26,012 nucleotides of DNA from Comamonadaceae bacterium. Lineage in GTDB: Bacteria; Pseudomonadota; Gammaproteobacteria; Burkholderiales; Burkholderiaceae_C. The notes under the pieces were generated by a model, which had not been told where the DNA came from, ran no database searches, and was given only the letters and a program-made list of their open reading frames with translations. This document shows positions 7,601-15,596 of the stretch, piece by piece. The stretch's first letter is position 1; each line of letters starts with the position of its first letter. The position numbers and the translations under genes are program-made. The stretch lies in assembly GCA_013298415.1 (NCBI GenBank), contig JAAFHN010000002.1, forward strand, positions 1-26,012. Reading direction: 5' to 3'.

Positions 7601-9193
7601 ATGAAAACCATTGCTCCATTGAGCGCCATCGCCCTGGCCGCCGCTTTTGCCTTCGGAACGACTGCCACCGCCAAAACCTTCCGCTGGACCAGCTCTTCTG
7701 ACATCCCGACGTGGGATATCCATTCGCAAAACAATGCGCTGGCCAACGGCGTGCACGCTGCTGTGTACGAGTCGCTCGTGTACTACAACTCGAAGACCTT
7801 CAAGGTCGAGCCGCTTTTGGCCACCGCTTGGAAGCAAACCAGCCCCACGTCGATGCGACTCACGATTCGCAAGGGCGTGAAATTCCAGGACGGCTCGGAT
7901 TTCACGGTGGACGATGCCGTGTTTTCGCTGCAGCGCGCCATGGCAAAAACGTCCAATTACGCGGTGTACACCGCCGGGATCGACAAGGTTGTGAAGGTTG
8001 ACGCCGACAACTTGGACATCCTCCTCAAAGACCCGAACCCGGTCCTCATCAACCAGCTTACCGAGCTGCGCATGATGAGCAAGGCCTGGGCTGAGAAAAA
8101 TCGCTCGGTAGAGCCCAAGGACATCCGTACCAAAGACGAATCCTTTGCCCACCGCAACGCCATGGGCACTGGCCCTTTCACGCTCAAGGAGTGGCAGCCC
8201 GATCAAAAGATCGTGCTCACACGCAATCCGAACTGGTGGGGCGAGGCCACGCAGGGCAAAAACTTCAACATCACTGAAATCGTGTACACGCCCGTGCGAG
8301 CTGAGGCCACACGCACTGCTGCGCTCCTGTCCGGTGCGGTGGACTTCGTGCTCGATCCCAGCCCGCAGGGTGTGGGCACGCTGCGTTCCAACGCCAACCT
8401 GAAGGTGCTGGAAGGCGCGGAAAACCGCACCATCTTCTTTGGCATGGACCAGTTCCGCGAAGAGCTTCCCGGCTCCGATGTGAAGGGCAAAAACCCGCTG
8501 AAAGACGCGCGCGTTCGCAAAGCCCTTTACCAATCGATTGACATCGATGCCATTCACAAAACCACGATGCGCGGCATCAGCCAAGTCACAGGCACGATGG
8601 TGTCGCCGCAGGTGTTCGGCTGGACAAAAGCTGTGGACAAGCGCCATCCCTACAACGTGGAAGCGGCCAAGAAGCTGCTGGCGGAAGCGGGCTACCCGCA
8701 AGGCTTCAGCGTGGATTTCGCTTGCCCCAACAACCGCTATTTGAACGACGAGCAAATCTGCCAAGCCGTCACTGCCATGTGGTCGCGCATTGGCGTGAAA
8801 GCCAAGTTGCGCACGCTCCCGCTTGTGACCTACTTCCCGATGATTCAGCGCTATGAAGCCAGCATCTACATGCTGGGCTGGGGCGTGCCGACTTTCGATG
8901 CGCTCTACAGCCTGCAATCGCTGCACCGCAGCGTGGGCGCGGGCGGCGACGGCAACTACAACGTGGGCCGCTACAGCAATCCACAAATGGACGCGCTCGT
9001 GGAGCGGATCAAAAAGGAAACCGACACCAAACTGCGCGGCCAGCTGATCGAACGCGCCCTGCAGCTCTCGCACGACGATGTGGCCTACCTGCCGCTGCAC
9101 AACCAGATCGTGCCCTGGGCCATGCGCAAAAACGTGGACGTGGTGCACCGCGCAGACAACCGTGTGGATTGGCGACTCGTCAAGCTGAACTGA
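7601..9193 (+). CDS. ABC transporter substrate-binding protein, family 5 (DppA/OppA-like)
   Basis: Signal peptide, EPLLATAW, IRKGVKFQDG, DAVFSLQR, GTGPF, NPNWWG and LLAEAGYPQG motifs. Confidence 0.93.
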   Translation: MKTIAPLSAIALAAAFAFGTTATAKTFRWTSSSDIPTWDIHSQNNALANGVHAAVYESLVYYNSKTFKVEPLLATAWKQTSPTSMRLTIRKGVKFQDGSDFTVDDAVFSLQRAMAKTSNYAVYTAGIDKVVKVDADNLDILLKDPNPVLINQLTELRMMSKAWAEKNRSVEPKDIRTKDESFAHRNAMGTGPFTLKEWQPDQKIVLTRNPNWWGEATQGKNFNITEIVYTPVRAEATRTAALLSGAVDFVLDPSPQGVGTLRSNANLKVLEGAENRTIFFGMDQFREELPGSDVKGKNPLKDARVRKALYQSIDIDAIHKTTMRGISQVTGTMVSPQVFGWTKAVDKRHPYNVEAAKKLLAEAGYPQGFSVDFACPNNRYLNDEQICQAVTAMWSRIGVKAKLRTLPLVTYFPMIQRYEASIYMLGWGVPTFDALYSLQSLHRSVGAGGDGNYNVGRYSNPQMDALVERIKKETDTKLRGQLIERALQLSHDDVAYLPLHNQIVPWAMRKNVDVVHRADNRVDWRLVKLN

Positions 9194-9218
9194 TCGACTG
9201 GCCCTGCCATCCCACCTC

Positions 9219-9256
9219 AAAAAAACCAGCGGCCTTTCCAGCCGCTGGTTTTTTCT
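9219..9256 (+). terminator. Rho-independent terminator-like hairpin after the SBP gene
   Basis: AAAAAACCAGCGGC-CTTTCCA-GCCGCTGGTTTTTT. Confidence 0.85.
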
Positions 9257-9385
9257 TTGTAGCTCGCATGACTGGTGACATGCGCCTTGCGAGCTAAACT
9301 CGCAAGCAGGCGCTTCTTTAAGCCGCTGCTTGCAGCATTCCCCGCTTCTTCGCTCCGGCGCCCTCTGTTTCGCTGAGTTCACCTC

Positions 9386-10369
9386 ATGCTCGCCTTCATC
9401 CTTCGCCGCGTGATCCAAGCCCTGATCGTCATGGTCACGGTCTCGCTGATCTCGTTTTGCCTGTTTCAGTTCACAGGCGATCCTGTGCTTTTCATGCTCG
9501 GCCAAGACGCAACTGCCGATCAGGTGAAACAACTGCGCGCCGACTTGGGTCTGGACAAGCACTTCTTTGTTCAGTTCTGGCACTTTTTGGCCAATGCAGC
9601 TCAGGGCGAATTTGGCATCAGCCTGCGCCAAGGCATCAAGGTGTCAAAACTGATTTCAGAGCGATTTCCTGCAACGATTGAGCTGGCACTTGCTGCCGCC
9701 TTCATCGCACTCGTGATTGGCATTCCCATGGGCGTGTATGCGGCGCTCAGGCGTGGCAGCTTCATGAGCCAAGTGTTCATGACGATTTCGCTCTTGGGCG
9801 TTTCGCTGCCCACATTCCTGATCGGCATCATGCTGATTTTGGTGTTCGCCGTGATCCTGGGCTGGTTCCCAAGCTTTGGCCGGGGGGATGTCACCAAGCT
9901 CGGCTGGTGGAGCACCGGCTTCTTGACAAAAAGCGGCTGGCATCACTTGGTGCTGCCTGCGATCACGCTGGCTGTGTTTCAGCTCACCCTCATCATGCGA
10001 CTCGTGCGTGCCGAAATGCTGGAAGTGCTGCGCACCGACTACATCAAGTTCGCCCGCGCCCGCGGCTTGAGCAACCAAGCGATCCACTTTGGGCACGCCT
10101 TGAAAAACACGCTCGTGCCGGTGATCACGATCACCGGCTTGCAGCTCGGCGCGCTCATCGCATTTGCCATCATCACCGAGACGGTGTTCCAGTGGCCCGG
10201 CATGGGCTCACTCTTCATCAACGCCGTGAGCTTTGCCGACGTGCCAGTGATGGCTGCCTACCTGTGCCTGATCGCACTGATTTTCGTCACGGTCAATTTG
10301 GTCGTGGATTTGTTGTACTTTGCCGTTGATCCGCGCTTGCGCGTGGAAAAGTCTGGCGCGGCGCACTGA
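9386..10369 (+). CDS. ABC permease (DppB/OppB-like)
   Basis: GDPV, LGLDK, RFPATIEL, and the EAA loop DYIKFARARGLS...HALKN. Confidence 0.94.
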   Translation: MLAFILRRVIQALIVMVTVSLISFCLFQFTGDPVLFMLGQDATADQVKQLRADLGLDKHFFVQFWHFLANAAQGEFGISLRQGIKVSKLISERFPATIELALAAAFIALVIGIPMGVYAALRRGSFMSQVFMTISLLGVSLPTFLIGIMLILVFAVILGWFPSFGRGDVTKLGWWSTGFLTKSGWHHLVLPAITLAVFQLTLIMRLVRAEMLEVLRTDYIKFARARGLSNQAIHFGHALKNTLVPVITITGLQLGALIAFAIITETVFQWPGMGSLFINAVSFADVPVMAAYLCLIALIFVTVNLVVDLLYFAVDPRLRVEKSGAAH

Positions 10370-10385
10370 TCGGAGACATGCCAAC

Positions 10386-11666
10386 ATGAAAGAAGTAAGC
10401 ACCGACACCCCACGCTACACCGCGCTCGGCCGAGCCTTTGAGGCGATCCGCGCGCAGCACCCGCAGCTGCAATCTTTGCGCCGTGATTTGCATGCCAACC
10501 CCGAGCTGGGTTTTGAAGAGCATTACACCGCTGGCCGCGTGGTGGAAGCCTTGCGCGCCTGTGGCGTGGATGAACTCCATACTGGCATCGGCAAAACCGG
10601 CGTGGTAGCCGTGATTCGCGGCAAAACGGACACCGCAGGCCGAAAAATCGGCCTGCGCGCCGACATGGACGCGCTGCCGATGCCGGAGCGCACTGGAGCC
10701 GAATGGGCCTCGCGCACGCCCAACCGCATGCATGCCTGCGGCCACGATGGCCACACCACCATGCTGATTGGCGCGGCGCAATACCTGGCAGCCACGCGCA
10801 GGTTTGACGGCCAAGCCGTGCTGATTTTTCAGCCCGGCGAAGAAGGCTACGCAGGGGCACGCGAGATGATCAAGGACGGGCTTTTCGAGCGCTTTCCCGT
10901 TGAATCCGTGTATGCGATGCACAACTGGCCCGGCATGCCCGTGGGCCAATTTGGCGTGAACACCGGCGCCATGATGGCGGCTTCTGACCGCATCACGATT
11001 CACATCACGGGCAAGGGCGGCCACGGCGCGCACGCCTACCTCACGATCGACCCGGTGCTGGTGGCGGCGCACATGATCACGGCCATCCAAAGCATCGTGT
11101 CGCGCAATGTGAAGGGCGCAGACGCGGCCGTGGTCAGCATTTGCAGCATGCAAGCAGGCGACCCAGGAGCCGCCAGCGTGATCCCCGGCGAGGCCCGCTT
11201 GGTGGGCACGGTGCGCAGCTTCAACCCCGCCGTGCAAAACCTGATTGAGAAGCGCCTGAGCGAGCTCTGCCCCACAGTGGCCCAAGCTTTTGGCGCAACG
11301 GCAACTGTGACCTATGAGCGCGGCTACCCCGCCACGATCAACACGCCAGATCGCGCACAGTTTGCGGGCGACGTGGCAGCCAGCATCGTGGGCGAAGCCA
11401 ATGTGCATCGCAACTGGGAAGCCAGTATGGGCTCTGAAGATTTCAGCTTCATGCTGCAACACAAGCCTGGCGCGTATTTGCGGCTTGGTCAAGCCAGCGC
11501 GGATGGCACGGGCTCGTGCTCGCTGCACAACAGCGGCTACGACTTCAACGACGCGGTGCTGCCGCTGGGTGCTGCTTGGTTCGCTGGCTTGGTGGAAAAA
11601 GGTCTGGCTGCGCCCGCAGCCGAGTCGGAAGCCGCGCACGGCACTTTGGAGGCCGCTTCAGCCTGA
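10386..11666 (+). CDS. M20D amidohydrolase (aminoacylase/hippurate hydrolase-like)
   Basis: RRDLHANPELGFEE, LRADMDALP, MHACGHDGH, FQPGEEG, HNWPG, GKGGHGA, SEDFS and LHN motifs. ATG 10386 follows GGAGA. Confidence 0.93.
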   Translation: MKEVSTDTPRYTALGRAFEAIRAQHPQLQSLRRDLHANPELGFEEHYTAGRVVEALRACGVDELHTGIGKTGVVAVIRGKTDTAGRKIGLRADMDALPMPERTGAEWASRTPNRMHACGHDGHTTMLIGAAQYLAATRRFDGQAVLIFQPGEEGYAGAREMIKDGLFERFPVESVYAMHNWPGMPVGQFGVNTGAMMAASDRITIHITGKGGHGAHAYLTIDPVLVAAHMITAIQSIVSRNVKGADAAVVSICSMQAGDPGAASVIPGEARLVGTVRSFNPAVQNLIEKRLSELCPTVAQAFGATATVTYERGYPATINTPDRAQFAGDVAASIVGEANVHRNWEASMGSEDFSFMLQHKPGAYLRLGQASADGTGSCSLHNSGYDFNDAVLPLGAAWFAGLVEKGLAAPAAESEAAHGTLEAASA

Positions 11667-11671
11667 TTTTT

Positions 11672-11731
11672 GAGTCAAATACCTCCTCTGTCCAGGCATT
11701 TATTACATTTGTTGCTATTATTTTTGAATAG
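11672..11731. repeat. Copy A of a degenerate ~60-bp intergenic element
   Basis: GAG..AAATAC..CTGTCCAGG-N7-TACATT-N4-GCTA, co-linear with the copies at 14686 and 22477. Confidence 0.7.
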
Positions 11732-11760
11732 ACCGAAGAACAACAAGCGAATCGATCAAC

Positions 11761-12669
11761 ATGGGTTTCATTTCAAGGTGGCTCGACAGCGATGTGGGCC
11801 ACAGCTTCAAAACCTCGCCGGTGGCCATCGTGGCGGCACTGCTGGTGTTCATCTGCGTGTTCTGTGCCGCGTTTGCCCCGTGGGTGGCACCCCACAACCC
11901 CTTTGACCTGACCACGCTGGAGTTGTCTGACGCACGCCTGCCCCCAGCCTGGACAGAGATCGGCACCAGCAAATACCTGCTCGGTACAGACGACCAAGGC
12001 CGCGACATTTTGTCTGCCCTCATGTACGGCTCGCGGGTTTCTCTCGTGGTGGGCGCCGTCTCAGTCGCGCTTTCGGTGCTGATCGGCGTGGGCCTCGGCC
12101 TGCTTGCGGGATATCTCGGCGGCTGGGTGGATACGTTGCTCATGCGCCTGTGTGATGTGATGCTGAGCTTTCCTTCCATCTTGGTGGCGCTCCTGATCGC
12201 GGGCGTGGGCCGTGCGCTGTTTCCGAACGCGGCCGAGTCTGTGGCGTTTGGGGTGTTGATCGTGTCAATCACACTCACTGGCTGGGTGCAATATGCCCGC
12301 ACGGTGCGCGGCTCAACCATGGTGGAGCGCAACAAAGAGTACGTGCAGGCTGCTCGGGTCACGGGCGTGGCGAACCACCGCATCATGTTCAAACACGTGC
12401 TGCCCAACGTGCTCGGCCCCGTGCTGGTGCTCGCCACCATTCAAGTGGCAACAGCCATCATCACCGAGGCAACCCTCAGTTTCCTTGGCGTTGGTGTGCC
12501 GCCCACCTCCCCCAGCTTGGGCACGCTCATTCGAGTGGGCAACGACTACCTTTTCAGCGGCGAGTGGTGGATCACGGTCTTTCCTGGCCTCATGCTCATC
12601 ATCATTGCGCTCAGCGTCAATTTGCTGGGTGATTGGTTGCGCGATGCGCTCAACCCGCGTTTGCGTTGA
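11761..12669 (+). CDS. ABC permease (DppC/OppC-like)
   Basis: APWVAPHNP, LLGTDDQGRD, GSRVSL, EYVQAARVTG, HVLPN and EATLSFLG motifs. Confidence 0.94.
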   Translation: MGFISRWLDSDVGHSFKTSPVAIVAALLVFICVFCAAFAPWVAPHNPFDLTTLELSDARLPPAWTEIGTSKYLLGTDDQGRDILSALMYGSRVSLVVGAVSVALSVLIGVGLGLLAGYLGGWVDTLLMRLCDVMLSFPSILVALLIAGVGRALFPNAAESVAFGVLIVSITLTGWVQYARTVRGSTMVERNKEYVQAARVTGVANHRIMFKHVLPNVLGPVLVLATIQVATAIITEATLSFLGVGVPPTSPSLGTLIRVGNDYLFSGEWWITVFPGLMLIIIALSVNLLGDWLRDALNPRLR

Positions 12670-12683
12670 AGCCGGAAATCGCC

Positions 12684-13661
12684 ATGAGCCTGCTTGAAGT
12701 CAAGAACCTGATCGTCGAATTCCCCAGCCGCCGTGGCACGCTGCGGGCGATTGACGACATTTCATTTGCCATCGCCCCCGGCGAAATTCTGGGCGTGGTG
12801 GGCGAATCCGGCGCGGGAAAGTCGCTCACGGGCGCTTCCATCATCGGCCTTTTGGAGCCGCCTGGCCGCGTGGCGGGCGGGCAAATTTTGCTCGAAGGCG
12901 AGCGGATCGACAACTTGAGCCACGATCAGATGCGCAGCATCCGTGGCCGCAAAATCGGCGCGATTTTTCAAGACCCGCTCACATCTCTGAACCCGCTCTA
13001 CAGCGTGGGCCGTCAGTTGACGGAAACCATCCAGGCCCATTTGCCGGTGAGCGCCGCCCAGGCCCGCGAGCGCGCGATCAATTTGCTCAAAGACACAGGC
13101 ATTCCAGCGGCTGAGCAGCGCATCGATCATTACCCGCATCAGTTTTCTGGCGGCATGCGCCAGCGCGTGGTGATCGCACTCGCTCTGGCGGCCGAGCCCA
13201 AGCTCATCATTGCCGATGAACCGACCACCGCACTCGATGTGTCGATCCAAGCGCAAATCATCACTTTGCTGAAAAACCTGTGCAAAGACCGAGGCGCGGC
13301 CGTGATGCTGATCACCCACGACATGGGCGTGATCGCAGAGACCTGCGACCGCGTGGCCGTGATGTACGCAGGCCGCGTCGCCGAAATTGGCCCGGTGCAT
13401 GAAGTCATCAACCATCCGGCGCACCCCTACACCAAGGGTCTGATGGCCGCGATCCCCGATATTCGCGAAGAGGTGGAACGCTTGAACCAGATCGACGGCG
13501 CGATGCCGCGCTTGAACGCGATCCCCACTGGCTGCGCCTTCAATCCCCGCTGCCCGCAGGTGTTTGAGCGATGCAAAACCGAGCGGCCTGGCCTGATCGA
13601 TGCTGGCCCCACGCGAGCCGCCTGCTGGTTGCACGACCAACGTACCAAGGTGGTCGCATGA
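12684..13661 (+). CDS. ABC ATPase (DppD/OppD-like)
   Basis: Walker A GESGAGKS, signature FSGGMRQR, Walker B IIADEPT, C-terminal HPYT...GCAFNPRC. Confidence 0.95.
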   Translation: MSLLEVKNLIVEFPSRRGTLRAIDDISFAIAPGEILGVVGESGAGKSLTGASIIGLLEPPGRVAGGQILLEGERIDNLSHDQMRSIRGRKIGAIFQDPLTSLNPLYSVGRQLTETIQAHLPVSAAQARERAINLLKDTGIPAAEQRIDHYPHQFSGGMRQRVVIALALAAEPKLIIADEPTTALDVSIQAQIITLLKNLCKDRGAAVMLITHDMGVIAETCDRVAVMYAGRVAEIGPVHEVINHPAHPYTKGLMAAIPDIREEVERLNQIDGAMPRLNAIPTGCAFNPRCPQVFERCKTERPGLIDAGPTRAACWLHDQRTKVVA

Positions 13662-14677
13662 GCGCTTCCGCAAGCACCCAAGCCAAAACCCTGGTCAGAG
13701 TCACCGACCTGGCCAAAACCTTTGACGTATCGCCACCTTTGCTCAACCGCATCGTGGAGCGCAAGCCCAAGCTGTTTTTGAAGGCTGTGGATGGCGTGAG
13801 CTTCGAGATTCCCAAAGGCCAAACGCTCGCCTTGGTGGGCGAATCGGGCTGCGGCAAAAGCACCGTTGCCAAGCTGATGGTGGGCCTGTATGCCCCCACA
13901 CGCGGCGGTTTTGAGTTCGACGGCGTGGACGCGCATGCCACCTTCGAAACGGCTGAGGGCAACAAGCTGCGCTCGCGCATTCAGATGATTTTCCAAGACC
14001 CGTATGCCAGCCTGAATCCGCGCTGGACGGTGGAAAACATCGTGGGCGAGCCGCTGGTCGAACACGGCTTGGCGGCATCCGGCAGCGATGATTTGAAAAC
14101 CCGCGTGGGCGATTTGCTGAAATCGGTGGGCTTGAGCCCGCTTGACACGGTGAAGTACCCGCACCAGTTCTCAGGTGGTCAGCGCCAGCGCATCTCGATT
14201 GCCCGAGCCTTGGCCACAAGCCCAGAGTTTTTGGTGTGCGACGAGCCCACCAGCGCGCTCGACGTGTCGGTTCAAGCCCAAGTCTTGAACATCATGAAAG
14301 ACTTGCAGCGCAGCTTGGGTCTTACCTACCTCTTCATCAGCCACAACTTGGCGGTGGTGCGGCATGTGAGCGATCAGGTGGGTGTGATGTACCTGGGCCG
14401 ATTGGTGGAGCTCGCGCCCAAGCACCAGCTGTTTGACACGCCCCGCCACCCGTACACGCGGATGCTGCTCGACGCCATTCCCGAGATGCACGCCACAGGC
14501 CGCGCCCGCACGCCCGTGCAAGGCGAGGTGCCGAATCCCCTCAACCCACCCACAGGTTGCGCATTTCACCCCCGCTGCCCGCACGCAAACGACCGCTGCA
14601 AAGCCGAGCGCCCCAACCTCGGCGTGTTCCAAGGCATCCAAATCGCCTGCCACGCGGTGACAGAGGGCAGAATCTAG
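13658..14677 (+). CDS. ABC ATPase (DppF/OppF-like)
   Basis: GESGCGKS, FSGGQRQR, VCDEPT and GCAFHPRC. ATGA overlap with the upstream ATPase. Confidence 0.95.
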   Translation: MSASASTQAKTLVRVTDLAKTFDVSPPLLNRIVERKPKLFLKAVDGVSFEIPKGQTLALVGESGCGKSTVAKLMVGLYAPTRGGFEFDGVDAHATFETAEGNKLRSRIQMIFQDPYASLNPRWTVENIVGEPLVEHGLAASGSDDLKTRVGDLLKSVGLSPLDTVKYPHQFSGGQRQRISIARALATSPEFLVCDEPTSALDVSVQAQVLNIMKDLQRSLGLTYLFISHNLAVVRHVSDQVGVMYLGRLVELAPKHQLFDTPRHPYTRMLLDAIPEMHATGRARTPVQGEVPNPLNPPTGCAFHPRCPHANDRCKAERPNLGVFQGIQIACHAVTEGRI

Positions 14678-14685
14678 GGAATTTC

Positions 14686-14748
14686 GAGGTAAATACCCTC
14701 ACTGTCCAGGTAATTGCTACATTGTTCGCTACATAAAAGGTAGCAAAC
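14686..14748. repeat. Copy B of the degenerate ~60-bp intergenic element
   Basis: GAGGTAAATAC..CTGTCCAGG-N7-TACATT-N4-GCTA-N9-TAGCAAAC, between convergent genes. Confidence 0.75.
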
Positions 14749-14757
14749 TCAACTTCA

Positions 14758-15177
14758 TCACCGGCCCGCCGCGCGCCATTCGCTGTAGCTCAGGATCGGC
14801 ATCTGCGCCGCTTTCATCGCCGCAAAACCGCCTTCGATGTGCGCCACGTTGCGCATGCCCATGTCTTGCAGGGTTTTGGCGGCCAGCGCGCTTCGCCAGC
14901 CTACGCCGCAGTACAGCACGTAGGTGGTGGCTTCGTCGGCCAGCGCTGGCTTGTGGTACGGCGATGCGGGATCCACCCAAAATTCCAGCATGCAGCGCGG
15001 CGCGTGGTAGGCGCCTTTCGCTGCGCCCTCGGCTTGCAGCTCGCGCACATCGCGCACATCCACCAGCAGCAGTCGCTCGCCGCTTTGCCCCCGCAGCATC
15101 ACGTCGGCCGCGCTCCAAGTGCGCACTTCATTCGTGGCGGCAGCCACCAATTCTTCAGCAGTTTTCAGGATGGGCAT
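14758..15177 (-). CDS. Single-domain rhodanese-like sulfurtransferase
   Basis: LVDVRDVRE, HAPRxMLEFW, active-site loop YCGVGWRSALAA, IEGGF. Confidence 0.9.
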   Translation of the reverse strand: MPILKTAEELVAAATNEVRTWSAADVMLRGQSGERLLLVDVRDVRELQAEGAAKGAYHAPRCMLEFWVDPASPYHKPALADEATTYVLYCGVGWRSALAAKTLQDMGMRNVAHIEGGFAAMKAAQMPILSYSEWRAAGR

Positions 15178-15223
15178 GGTGTATTCGCTGGTTTTCGACA
15201 GGATTTTGTGTCCAAATCGGGGG

Positions 15224-15541
15224 ATGCGCCTGTCCTACCTCACTCGATTTGTGTTCATTCTCTCGCCCCTGGTCTTGGGCGCTTGCTCAACCGTGGGGGC
15301 TGTGGCCACGGTTGCGAGCGCCACGGTATCGGCAGCTGGTGCTGCGGCAAGCGCTACAGCCACGGCGGCTGCAGCCACCGCACAAGCCACGAAGGCGGTG
15401 GTTGAAACCGGTGGCCGCGTGGCTGAAAAAGTGCTGGATCACGCCGCCGCCCAAGCCGCGCGCGATGAGGCTGCAAGGCAAGCTGCGGAAAAGGCTGCAC
15501 AAAAGGCTGCGGAAAAAGCAGCCGAGACTGTTCTGAAGTAA
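15224..15541 (+). CDS. Hypothetical Ala-rich lipoprotein (105 aa)
   Basis: Hydrophobic leader with lipobox LGA-C, GGGGA-like RBS, coherent Ala-rich helical body with AEKA/AQKA repeats. Confidence 0.65.
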   Translation: MRLSYLTRFVFILSPLVLGACSTVGAVATVASATVSAAGAAASATATAAAATAQATKAVVETGGRVAEKVLDHAAAQAARDEAARQAAEKAAQKAAEKAAETVLK

Positions 15542-15564
15542 TGCGCTTTACCGGGATTTAGCCT

Positions 15565-15588
15565 CGCCGGGGAGCTTGGCCCCCGGCG
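15565..15588. terminator. GC hairpin between convergent lipoprotein and dctM genes
   Basis: CGCCGGGG-N8-CCCCGGCG; no strong U-tract. Confidence 0.45.
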
Positions 15589-15596
15589 GTCGTTCA

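Noticed and set aside
7559-9631. 690-aa antisense ORF opposite the SBP gene
   Set aside because: Shadow ORF from GC-rich codon bias. No recognisable motifs, and it fully overlaps a clear family-5 SBP.
10293-11639. 448-aa antisense ORF opposite the M20 hydrolase
   Set aside because: In-register antisense mirror of a well-supported gene; no domain signal.
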